Source: Dendrobates tinctorius
Taxonomy: Eukaryota
Assembly: GCF_039654945.1 (NCBI RefSeq)
Contig: NW_027361688.1
Span: forward strand, 1,364,001-1,428,000
DNA: 64,000 bases
Direction of reading: 5' to 3'
Numbering within the stretch: position 1 is the first letter of the stretch; each line of letters starts with the position of its first letter. The position numbers and the translations under genes are program-made. This document shows positions 53,474 through 64,000 of this stretch, piece by piece. Under the pieces are notes generated by a model. The model ran no database searches. It was given only the letters and a program-made list of their open reading frames with translations, and had not been told where the DNA came from.

Positions 53474-55846
53474 TTACAAAACACTCAAAATCTCACTCCT
53501 AATATTCATACCCGTTGGAACTCTGCTTTGTAACAGTAACATCCATTTTGCCTCTCGGCGTAATAATAAATCATTTAAATTTCCACCTACCCTCTTTGTC
53601 TGCACCTTCTCTATGGCATTAACCCTAAAGTTGCTAAGATCTCCTTTATGTATATGCAAAAAATGTTGAGAAGCAGCAGACAAACTGCGTGTGGTAGTGT
53701 GACCTACGTCATAAACGTGCTCGGAAATACGACGTCTCAAGGTGCGTGAAGTATTTCCCACATACTGAATATTACAATCCACGCATGTTATGACATAGAT
53801 CACACCAGTAGAACCACAGTTCAAAAAAGATTTTATTTTAAATTCCTTTCCATTAACAGAAGATACTATTTTTTCTGTGTTCCACATAAACCTACATAGC
53901 CCACAGTTTTTCTGAGCACACTTAAAAGATCCACAAGTGGGTAACCAATTAGTTATACTTGCTGAACTGTCTGAAAAATATTTAATAGCATTTCTATTGG
54001 CACTAGTATGATCACTTGGAGATACCTTATTAGCAATAGTTTTATTCCTCCTTGAAACAAATCTGATCCCATCCTTCAGTATATTCTTTAATGTATCATC
54101 AACATACAAAATAGGGAGGAATTTTTTAATAATATGAACAATCCTGTAGTAGTCAGTACTAAAATTAGTTGAAAAAACAATAGGTGACCGACCCTCCACA
54201 GAATTTGGTGTTTTTCTGCTTTCCTTCTGCAAATAATCCTCTCTACTTTTTTCATCCGTTCTATGCTTAGCTTTCTGAATGTCTACCTTAGTATAACCCC
54301 TCTTTATAAAACGTTTACCAATGATCTCACATTGTTTATCGTATAAATTAGGCGTAGTACATGTTCTTTTTGCTCTTACAACCTCCCCTGTAGGTATATT
54401 GGCTATAACATGACGTGGATGGCAGCTAGATGCGTGTAACAGTGAATTGCCTGCCGTATGTTTTCTAAAAATATCACAATCAATCTTTCTTTCTTCCAAA
54501 TTTGCCGACAAAAAAATGTCCAAAAACGAAATTATCTTGGCATCAAATTGATATGTGAAACGTATATTGCATGGATTATTATTAATATAGAACATAAAAT
54601 TCTCAATATTAGATACATCACCATCCCACACAATTATAACATCATCAATGAATCTCAGAAAAAGAAAAATATCAGAAAAAAAAGGATTTTTTTCAGAAAA
54701 AATATACTCCTCCTCCCACCAGGCCATAAAAATATTAGCAAGAGACGGTGAAAACTTGGAACCCATGGAACAGCCTTGCACCTGTAAATAAAGATCATCC
54801 AAAAAAGAAAATAAATTGTTTTTTAACAAAAAATAAGTCACTTCAATCAAATACATCTGTAAATCTTCTGAAAAATTACTGTATTTCTGTAAATAAGTAG
54901 TAAGAGCCAAAATAGCCAAATCGTGTGGGATGGAAGTGTACAAACTTTGTACATCACAAGTGAGCCAACAAAAGGAACTTCGCCATTCCACCTGAGAAAA
55001 AATACTGAGAACATGCTTGGAATCCTGCACATAGCTAGGTGAAATAGTGGCTAGAGGTTTTAATCTTGCGTCCAACCATTCCGACAAATTTTCATTAAGA
55101 GATCCTATGCCCGATATGATAGGACGAAACAAAGGTGGAAAAACCTCCTTATGAACTTTTGGAAGTGCATGTAACAAAGGAACTCTGGGATATAAAGGAC
55201 AGAAAAATTCACATTGCTTTTGATTAATAATTCCCAAACTAAAACCCCTATGTAACAATTCCTGTAATTCCATTCTGATGTTATCTGTAGGGTTATAATT
55301 AATTCCCTTGTATACTTCACTATTAAAAAGCATAGCCCTCACCTCTCTTTCATACAGCCCAGTATCTAATATGGTCACAGATCCCCCCTTGTCAAAATTT
55401 CTTATCACGATATTGACATTAGCAGATAACAAATCAAGTGCCTGTTTCTCAGTACGAGAAATGTTAGAACGACCATTCTGATTAGCATTATAGATTTTCA
55501 TAAGTTCATCCTCAACAAGAAATTGAAAATCATCCATAACTTGCAATTTTGACTGCTCAGGATAATATCTAGGATTAGGGACTCTAGAGGAAAAATTAAC
55601 ATCAGTTAAATACATTAACTTAGAACCAGATTCAGACAAGTCCCTCAAATTCTTTAGGGTAACTTGCTCCTGGAAAGAAGTAGGCATAAATTCCTCAGGA
55701 ACTTTATCAACATATTCATCATTGATATTGGAAGTTTTTTCACGTTCCACATCTTCTGCAAAAAAATGTCTCCTAAGAGTCAATCTTCTCATAAAGTGAT
55801 TAACATCAAGCATAGTGTTGAATAAGTCCATTTTCGCTGTAGGCAC
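53474..55846 (-). CDS. Penelope-like RT / GIY-YIG endonuclease, uninterrupted 790 aa (N-terminus truncated)
   Basis: LPKVHK, RPIISG, DVQSLYTSIPH, GCSMGS..SPSLAN and RFIDD; GVIYVITC..C..QYVGNTSR.LRRRISEH. Confidence 0.93.
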   Translation of the reverse strand: MPTAKMDLFNTMLDVNHFMRRLTLRRHFFAEDVEREKTSNINDEYVDKVPEEFMPTSFQEQVTLKNLRDLSESGSKLMYLTDVNFSSRVPNPRYYPEQSKLQVMDDFQFLVEDELMKIYNANQNGRSNISRTEKQALDLLSANVNIVIRNFDKGGSVTILDTGLYEREVRAMLFNSEVYKGINYNPTDNIRMELQELLHRGFSLGIINQKQCEFFCPLYPRVPLLHALPKVHKEVFPPLFRPIISGIGSLNENLSEWLDARLKPLATISPSYVQDSKHVLSIFSQVEWRSSFCWLTCDVQSLYTSIPHDLAILALTTYLQKYSNFSEDLQMYLIEVTYFLLKNNLFSFLDDLYLQVQGCSMGSKFSPSLANIFMAWWEEEYIFSEKNPFFSDIFLFLRFIDDVIIVWDGDVSNIENFMFYINNNPCNIRFTYQFDAKIISFLDIFLSANLEERKIDCDIFRKHTAGNSLLHASSCHPRHVIANIPTGEVVRAKRTCTTPNLYDKQCEIIGKRFIKRGYTKVDIQKAKHRTDEKSREDYLQKESRKTPNSVEGRSPIVFSTNFSTDYYRIVHIIKKFLPILYVDDTLKNILKDGIRFVSRRNKTIANKVSPSDHTSANRNAIKYFSDSSASITNWLPTCGSFKCAQKNCGLCRFMWNTEKIVSSVNGKEFKIKSFLNCGSTGVIYVITCVDCNIQYVGNTSRTLRRRISEHVYDVGHTTTRSLSAASQHFLHIHKGDLSNFRVNAIEKVQTKRVGGNLNDLLLRREAKWMLLLQSRVPTGMNIRSEILSVL

Positions 55847-56929
55847 AAAATTAAGACCCCTTTAAGAACATGTACCACGCCTGATTTATACGATAAACAA
55901 TGTGAGATCATTGGTAAACGTTTTATAAAGAGGGGTTATACTAAGGTAGACATTCAGAAAGCTAAGCATAGAACGGATGAAAAAAGTAGAGAGGATTATT
56001 TGCAGAAAGAAAGCAGAAAGACACTAAATTCTGTGGAGGGTCGGTCACCTATTGTTTTTTCAACTAATTTTAGTACTGACTAGAGTTGAGCGACTTTTGG
56101 TTTTTTAGGGTTGCGTTTCGTTTCGTGAAACCCGACTTTTCCAAAAGTCGGGTCGAGCAAGATCGTCCGATTATAGGGAAAAGTCGGGGTCGTCCCGAAA
56201 CACGAAACCCAATGTAAGACAATGGGGAATAAAAGTCGGCAGTGAGAGGAGGACAGGAAACACACCTACAGTGCCCATTTGAATGCCAAAAGCATCAATT
56301 CTTCTTTCTTAAGCTTGTCAACCTTAATTAACTTCATAATACAAGTTACGCACTCAAAAATGGGGGTTATTTGGCTACAAACTGTGGGGGGGGGAGGGCT
56401 GGCTCCAGGTTTTCATGTGACCTGGGCGAAAGAGCGCCCCTTTAACACATACCACAACTCATCATGCTCCGATACGGCAGAGAAATAGCGGTATAGTACA
56501 ATGAAAAATACCTCACTTTTTACATCTCATGACGAGGCCCATCTATTTCTCCATACAGAATCATTGGTCCCATATAATGTTTGAAACAGTATATGATGAG
56601 CTCCACATAATGCTACAGTATATGTTGGTCCCCATGGATGAAGCTCCACTGTCTTATGGGCCCAAATAATGCTCCAAACATAATGGGCCCCATTTCTAAT
56701 GCTCTAGTGTATAATGGGCCCTGTAAATGCTGCTCCAGTGTCTGATGTCCACCTTTGGAATGTTCCAGTGTATGGTGGGCCCCATCTATCATTCTCCAGA
56801 GTATAGTGCTCCCCAAAAATTGCTGTCCCAACATTGAAAACAATCAAATAAGTCTCCTCGCTAGGGAATCCCTGTACTTGTCTGGACAGGTGCTGTAGCT
56901 TGCTTAACAGCTCGCCAGCCGTTCTCACG

Positions 56930-57715
56930 CCCAGTATGGATTACACGTGATTGCACAAAGGTGAGAAAGGGTACCGTATCCCCAGATAACATGTATGGAT
57001 AGCGTACACATTCAAAATATATGTCTCAGGAGGCAGGCTCAGACAGTGTTAGGCCCAGTATGGATTGCACGTGATTGCACAAAGGTTAGAAAGGGTACCG
57101 TATCACCGGATAACATGTATGGATAGCGTACACATTCAAAATATATGTCTATACAGCATGAGGCAGGCTCAGACGGTGTTAGGCCCAGTATGGATTGCAC
57201 GTGATTGCACAAAGGTTAGAAAGGGTACCTTATCCCCGGATAACATGTATGGATAGCGTACACATTCAAAATATATGTCTATACAGCATGAGGCAGGCTC
57301 AGACGGTGTTAGGCCCAGTATGGATTGCACGTGATTGCACAAAGGTTAGAAAGGGTACCGTATCACCGGATAACATGTATGGATAGCGTACACATTCAAA
57401 ATATATGTCTATACAGCATGAGGCAGGCTCAGACGGTGTTAGGCCCAGTATGGATTGCACGTGATTGCACAAAGGTTAGAAAGGGTACCGTATCCCCGGA
57501 TAACATGTATGGATAGCGTACACATTCAAAATATATGTCTATACAGCATGAGGCAGGCTCAGACGGTGTTAGGCCCAGTATGGATTGCACGTGATTGCAC
57601 AAAGGTTAGAAAGGGTACCGTATCCCCGGATAACATGTATGGATAGCGTACACATTCAAAATATATGTCTATACATCAGGAGGCAGGCTCAGACGGTGTC
57701 AGGCACAGTATGGAT
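56930..57715. repeat. 130-bp tandem array (~6 units), copy 2
   Basis: Same unit as 1020-1685; period of 130 bp. Confidence 0.95.
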
Positions 57716-58134
57716 TTGACGGCCCAGATTACACAGCGGAGGAGCAGGGAGAGGTAAAGATTGCAAATGCTGGGGCCCTGCCCAAGCAAGGGGGGCCCAC
57801 TCGTGGGCGTCGGTACTGGCACTGGGCCCCTCATAGTACAGCGGTGTGTCTGACGGCGGGTGTGCACCACCACCGTCAGAGACACTTGATTGCACTATGA
57901 GGGACCCTGTGCCAGTGCCCGCGCCCAAGAGTTGGCCTACCCACCTGTTCAGGGCAACGGCACTCGCACGGTGTCGTGCGGTAGGTGGTGACCCCGGCCA
58001 TGGGGGGGAGGCAGCACAGTTAGGGAGTTTTAGAAAGTGGCATATGTTGATGTTGGACATTCAGCTGATGCAAAAGGCGAAATAGGTGAAGTACCAGGAA
58101 GAGGTGGACCAAAGCAAGCCATTTTTCTGTCACC

Positions 58135-61100
58135 CTATGTGTCATCAGGGGAAGGTGGGACAAAATCCTTGGAAAACCATGCGTGGTTCATTTTAATGAA
58201 GGTTAGATCATCCACATTTTGGGTTGACAGACGGGTCCTTTTTTCTGTCAGGATTGATCCAGCTGCACTGAAGACTCTCCGATAGCACACTTGCAGCTGG
58301 GCAAGCGAGCTCCTGTAAGGCATATTGGGCCAATTCAGGCCAGGTGTCCAGTTTAGCGGCCCAATAGTCAAAGGGGAATGACCTGTGTGGGAGAACATCG
58401 ATATGGGAGGAAAAGTAGTTTGTAACCATAGTTGACAACTGCTGTCTCCTGTCACTTTCCATCGATGCAGTATTACCAGTTGTGTGAGCGGTATTTGAAA
58501 AATCAGTCCACAACATTGTCATGAAACCCCTGTCTCCAACGCCACTTCTGCTGTGTGCACCACGAACACCTCTGCCAAGCTGCCCCCGGCCCGTACGGCT
58601 CGTGTGAGAACCATCACCGCTGCTGTGTGCTGGGAATGCCTCAAGCAACCGATTTACCAGAGTTGCTTGTTTATTAGCCAATATTAGGTCAAGGTTCTCC
58701 TGTGGCATGATGTTTTGTAATTTGCCTTTATAGCGTGGATCCAGGATGCTGGCCAACCAGTAGTCGTCATCGTTCATCATTTTGGCAATGTGGGGGTCCC
58801 TTTTTAGGATCCGCAAGGCATAATCTGACATGTGGGCCAATGTTCCCGGTGTCAATGATGCACTGCGAGTGCTGGGTGGAGGAGCACTTTCTGGCAAATC
58901 CATATCCCTCCAGTCACGCACAAACCCTGTACCAGACCTTGCCACGCCAACATTTTCACTTGCACCACGAGATGCATCCTCCTCCCCTAAGTAATCATCC
59001 CCATCATCATCCTCCTCCTCCTCTTCTTCCTCCACCTCGTCCAGGAGAGGTCCCTGAGCAGACAATGGCTGAATGTCATCAAGGATTCCCTCCTCCTCTT
59101 CCTCCTCATCAACATTGGCTGCAGACGCCTGCTCCTTAAGGTGCGTCAAAGTTTGCATGAGCAGACGCATAAGTGGGATGCTCATGCTTAGGATGGCGTC
59201 GTCTGCGCTTACCAGCCGTGTGCATTCCTCAAAACACTGAAGGACTTTACAAAGGTCTTTCAGCTTCGACCACTGCACACCTGTCAACTCCATGTCTGCT
59301 CTCAAAGTGCCTGGCCGTGTATCCTCCCACAAATGCATTATGGCCTGCCTCTGCTCGCACAGCCGCTCCACCATGTGCAGGGTGGAGTTCCACCTTGTTG
59401 CAATGTCGATAATGAGGCGGTGGTTGGGAAGGTGGAGCAATCGCTGCAGCTTCTGCATACGAACGGAGTGTACAGGCGACCGGCGGATGTGCGCGCACAG
59501 TGTTCGCACCTTATGGAGCAGGGCTGTTAACTCCGGATAATTTTTGAGGAAGCACTGCACCACCAGGTTCAAGGTGTGAGCCAAGCAAGGTATGTGGCTG
59601 AGTTTTGAAAGGGCTATGGCTGCCACAAAATTACGGCCGTTATCACTAACTACCTTGCCTGCCTCAAGATGTACACTGCCCAGCCATGACTCAGTTTGTC
59701 GCTTCAAGTACTCGGCCAGCACCTCGGCGGTGTGTCTGTCGCCCAAACACATCATCTGCAACACAGCCTGCTGACGCTTTCCACTAGCTGCTCGATAGGG
59801 GGACACATCGTGTGCAACAGTGGCAGCTGCAGATGGAGTGCTCGTACGACTGCGCTCTGTGGACGAGCTTTCGCTTCTGGAGGAGGAGGAGGGTAGAACG
59901 CCTACAGCCAACTGTTTCCTATACCGTGGGCTAGGCAGCACTGTCCCACCACCGCTGTCCCCTGTGGACCCTGCATCCACCACATTAACCCAGTGCGCAG
60001 TGATGGACACGTAACGGCCCTGGCCATGCCGACTGGACCATGCATCAGTTGTGAGGTGCACCTTTCCGCTCACTGACTGCTTGAGTGCATGGACAATGCG
60101 GTCTTTCACATGATGGTGGAGGGCTGGGATGGCTTTGCGAGAGAAGAAGTGGCGACTGGGTAGGTCATAGCGTGGTACTGCATAGGCCATGAGTTCGCGG
60201 AAAGCTGTGCTTTCCACCAACCGAAAGGGCATCATCTCAAACGAGATTAGTTTGGCAATGTGGGCGTTCAAACCCAGTGTACGCGGATGAGAGACTGAGT
60301 ACTTTCTTGACCTACTCATAGTGTCTGGGAGGGTGAGCTGGACTTGAGAGCTGCATATGGTGGAAGTAGCGGTGGACAGGGCGGACTGAGAGAGGGTTGA
60401 TGATGGTGATGGAGTTGGTGTTCTTTCTGATGGCCTAGAATCAGTCTTTCGTTGATATAACAGTGGGATTCCCTGACTGCTGTGGTCTTGCAACGACACC
60501 TCAACATTTGCTGCTGTGCTAACCGGTGGGCTTACAGTGGGGGAAACAATGTAGCGTTGCTGACTACCTTCGTTGTGATCAGTTGCACATGTGGCACTTG
60601 AGGTTTGGTGTTGTGTCCACGCTTGCAAGTGCATGCTGGTTAAATGTCTAAGCATGCAACTGGTATTCAAATTTTTCAGATTTTTCCCTCGGCTAAAGGT
60701 CTTTGCGCACTTCTTACAGATAACCTTGGCCTGATCATGAGGATTTTGTTCAAAAAAGTGCCACACTGCACTCTTCCTACTTTGGCAGACATTTTGCGGC
60801 CTAGCACGCTGTGATCTTTTGACCCTCTGGACAAGCTGTCCAGCAACTCTTTTGATGTTTGGAACCTGTCTTTGGAGTGCTCCGGGCCTGCCAGATAACA
60901 GCTGTTGCGATGTCGATGTCTGCTGTGGATGCTCCTCATCTGAGCTATTGGAAGCAGCACCCTCTTCCCCCAATGGATGCCAATCTGGGTCAACAACTGG
61001 GTCATCCATCACCTCCTCTTCTATGTCATGTGCACCTTTCTCTGTGTCACCGTGTATGGTGGTATAGTGTGCGGGAAGGGGCACCTGAGTCTCATCAGGG

Positions 61101-61666
61101 TCAGAATCTGTCTCTGTACACTGCGAGGACAATGTAGTGCTCTGAGTGAATGTACCAGCAGAATCATCCATCAGCGGCTGTGCATCAGTGCACTCCATGT
61201 CAGATTCATCTTGGCCTGGGTAATTCACCATTTCACTTGATAATCCAGGCATGGTATGTGAAAACAGCTCCATGGAGTAATCAGTAGTATGGTCTGCATC
61301 ATCCTTCAATCTTGGTTGGGGTGAAGGACACAAGGAAAGGTGTGGTTCATGAACATGAGCCTCCAATGACGACTCAGTGATTTTACTTTTTACAACTGAA
61401 GAAGAGGAAGCGATAGAGCTGGAGGCTGAGTCAGCAATGTAAGACAAAACTTTTTCCTGATGCTCTGGCTTTAAAAGCGGTTTGCCAACTCCTAGAAAAC
61501 TAAGCGTTCGAGGCCTTATGTAGCCAGACGATGACGCAGGGTCAGCACCTCCTGCATTCGGTCCTATTTTGCTCTTGCCACTACCATCAGATCCACCACC
61601 AACACCATCATTACCAGCTGCCAACCCCCGCCCAATTCCACGGCCTCTTCCACCAGCCTTCCTCAT
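58135..61666 (-). pseudogene. hAT transposase, near-intact, with a single 2-bp deletion in the hATC region
   Basis: Open from ATG 61666 through BED, DD, CxxH and RW motifs to SVLSE. GACTCT--CCGA at ~58278 (versus GACTCTTTCCGA in copy 1) shifts the frame of RVFS...PSPDDT. Confidence 0.92.
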
Positions 61667-61742
61667 TTTTGGTAGAAATGTAGACAAAATCCAACAAACT
61701 ATATAGTAATGTAAAACAAGGTACAAGGTGTCTATAGGACAG

Positions 61743-62393
61743 GGGAGATTTTGAATATCTGCACACACTTTTGGACACTGGACACTTTTGGATTGTGTGA
61801 GGCCCACTGATATCTCAGCGCTATGTGACAGGCTCGATGGCACTGCTGTGACAAAAGTGACTAGAGGATAAGGGAGATTTTGAATATCTGCACACACTTT
61901 TGGACACTGGACACTTTTGGATTGTGTGAGGCCCACTGATATCTCAGCGCTATGTCACAGGCTCGATGGCACTGCTGTGACAAAAGTGACTAGAGGATAA
62001 GGGAGATTTTGAATATCTGCACACTTTTGGACAGTGGACACTTTTGGATTGTGTGAGGCCCACTGTTATCTCAGCGCTATGTGACAGGCTCGATGGCACT
62101 GCTGTGACCTAAGTGACTAGAGGATAAGGGAGATTTTGAATATCTGCACACACTTTTGGACACTGGACACTTTTGGATTGTGTGAGGCCCACTGATATCT
62201 GAGCGCTATGTGACAGGCTCGATGGCACTGCTGTGACAAAAGTGACTAGAGGATAAGGGAGATTTTGAATATCTGCACACACTTTTGGACACTGGACACT
62301 TTTGGATTGTGTGAGGCCCAATGAATATCTGAGCGCTATGTGACAGGCTCGATGGCACAGCTGTGACCAAAGTGACTAGAGGATAAGGGAGAT
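61743..62393. repeat. ~129-bp tandem array (~5 units), copy 2; followed by a ~322-bp duplication at ~62320-62910
   Basis: GGGAGATTTTGAATATCTGCACAC recurs at 61743, 61872 and onward. Confidence 0.93.
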
Positions 62394-64000
62394 TGGATTG
62401 CTTTTAAAAAAGCAGTTTGCGGAGCAGTGGGTAAACAGCAATGCCAGCCTGTCAGGAAGCCTTAAAAGGCAGCCCAACAACCAACACCACTGATACACCA
62501 CTATATAGCCTCCCCTTGCACTGCACACACAGTGACTGGTGTGTTGTGCAGGCCAAATTGCTATCAGCAGCAGAAGCAGTTTTTTTTTCTTCTCAGCAGG
62601 ACAAAAAAAAAAATTGGGATTGCTTAAGCAGTTTGAGGCCCAATGAATATCTGAGCGCTATGTGACAGGCTCGATGGCGCAGCTGTGACCAAAGTGACTA
62701 GAGGATAAGGGAGATTGGATTGCTTTTAAAAAAGCAGTTTGCGGAGCAGTGGGTAAACAGCAATGCCAGCCTGTCAGGAAGCCTTAGAAGGCAGCCCAAC
62801 AACCAACACCACTGATACACCACTATATAGCCTCCCCTTGCACTGCACACACAGTGACTGGTGTGTTGTGCAGGCCAAATCGCTAGCAGCAGAAGCAGTT
62901 TTTTTGTCTTCTTCCCTGCCTAATGCTCTCCCTACAGAATCAGCAGCAACCTCTCCCTATGCTAAGATCGGCAGAAGTAAGATGGCGGTCGGCGTGCACG
63001 CCCTTTTATACCCCCTGTGACGCCCACCAAAGCAAGCCAATCACTTGCATGCCCTTCTGAAAGATGGTGGTGACCCGTGCCTATGTCATCACGTTGCCCA
63101 CAGTGTCCGTGGATCCTGATTGGCTGAAAGAGCGCAAAACAAACTTTTGAAACGCGACTTTGGCGCGTAAGTCGCCGACCTCGTGGCCGACCTCATCCTA
63201 GGGTCGGGTTCCGTTTCATGAAACCCGACTTTGCCAAAAGTCGGCGACTTTTGAATTTTTTCGACCCGTTTCGCTCAACTCTAGTACTGACTACTACAGG
63301 ATTGTTCATATTATTAAAAAATTCCTCCCTATTTTGTATGTTGATGATACATTAAAGAATATACTGAAGGATGGGATCAGATTTGTTTCAAGGAGGAATA
63401 AAACTATTGCTAAGAAGGTATCTCCAAGTGATCATACTAGTGTCAATAGAAATGCTAATAAATTTTTTTCAGACAGTTCAGCAAGTATAACTAATTGGTT
63501 ACTCACTTGTGGATCTTTTAAGTGTGCTCAGAAAAACTGTGGGCTATGTAGGTTTATGTGGAACACAGAAAAAATAGTATCTTCTGTTAATGGAAAGGAA
63601 TTTAAAATAAAATCTTTTTTGAACTGTGGTTCTACTGGTGTGATCTATGTCATAACATGCGTGGATTGTAATATTCAGTATGTGGGAAATACTTCACGTA
63701 CCTTGAGACGTCGTATTTCCGAGCACGTTTATGACGTAGGTCACACTACCACACGCAGTTTGTCTGCTGCTTCTCAACATTTTTTGCATATACATAAAGG
63801 AGATCTTAGCAACTTTAGGGTTAATGCCATAGAGAAGGTGCAGACAAAAAGGGTAGGTGGAAATTTAAATGATTTATTATTACGCCGAGAGGCAAAATGG
63901 ATGTTACTGTTACAAAGCAGGGTTCCAACGGGTATGAACATTAGGAGTGAGATTTTGAGTGTTTTGTAAGTGTGATTGTGACTTACTACCTCCCATTAAT

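Larger units (their letters stand above)
53093..55862 (-). mobile_element. Penelope-like retroelement, 5'-truncated, with 3' pLTR
   Basis: RT plus GIY-YIG ORF. The 3' region has AATAAA, a hammerhead-like motif and a GTGAG donor-like end. Confidence 0.93.
56081..63283 (-). mobile_element. hAT DNA transposon, copy 2, complete
   Basis: 13-bp TIRs TAGAGTTGAGCGA / TCGCTCAACTCTA; 8-bp TSD GTACTGAC (56073-56080 and 63284-63291). Confidence 0.97.
55864..64000 (+). mobile_element. Second Penelope-like copy (3' part only), split by hAT copy 2
   Basis: 55864-56080 and 63284-64000 are the reverse complement of ~53445-54370 with scattered substitutions. GIY-YIG ORF at 63334-63969. Confidence 0.93.

Noticed and set aside
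56465-56545. Possible second, more decayed 18S-like trace in hAT copy 2 (GAAAAATA...CGAGGCCC)
   Set aside because: Only short motifs match; cannot be separated from chance without an alignment score.
61667-61936. Repeat-encoded N-terminal extension of the 1242-aa ORF
   Set aside because: Non-ATG start, arising because the 129-bp unit is a multiple of 3. The 130-bp unit in copy 1 does not keep the frame.

Overview
Vertebrate genomic window, most likely an anuran frog. That assignment is inferred from Xenopus-like histones and from the T2/Kolobok, piggyBac, DIRS, L2 and Penelope repeat repertoire. The only host genes are two replication-dependent histone triplets (H2A, H2B, H4; no H3 or H1 seen). 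They sit as mirror images in a large inverted duplication: left arm ~6787-18049, right arm ~29320-46980, with an ~11 kb repeat-filled spacer. Everything else is transposon-derived. There are two long hAT elements with BED-finger transposases; the right one has complete TIRs and an 8-bp TSD. A DIRS1 tyrosine-recombinase retrotransposon with ITRs and ICR is nested in a piggyBac-like element and itself holds a hAT-N/L2 insertion. The rest comprises a head-to-head pair of Penelope-like elements, several L2 LINEs, a non-autonomous LTR element, MITEs and minisatellites. The most unusual signal is in the left hAT: a diverged ~470-bp 18S rRNA segment (439-910), antisense to the transposase, inside a 3' module that differs between the two copies. 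Both hAT copies also bracket the transposase with ~130-bp tandem arrays that look distantly related to each other. The N runs in both H2B genes are identical in length and keep the frame, so they look like masking rather than assembly gaps.
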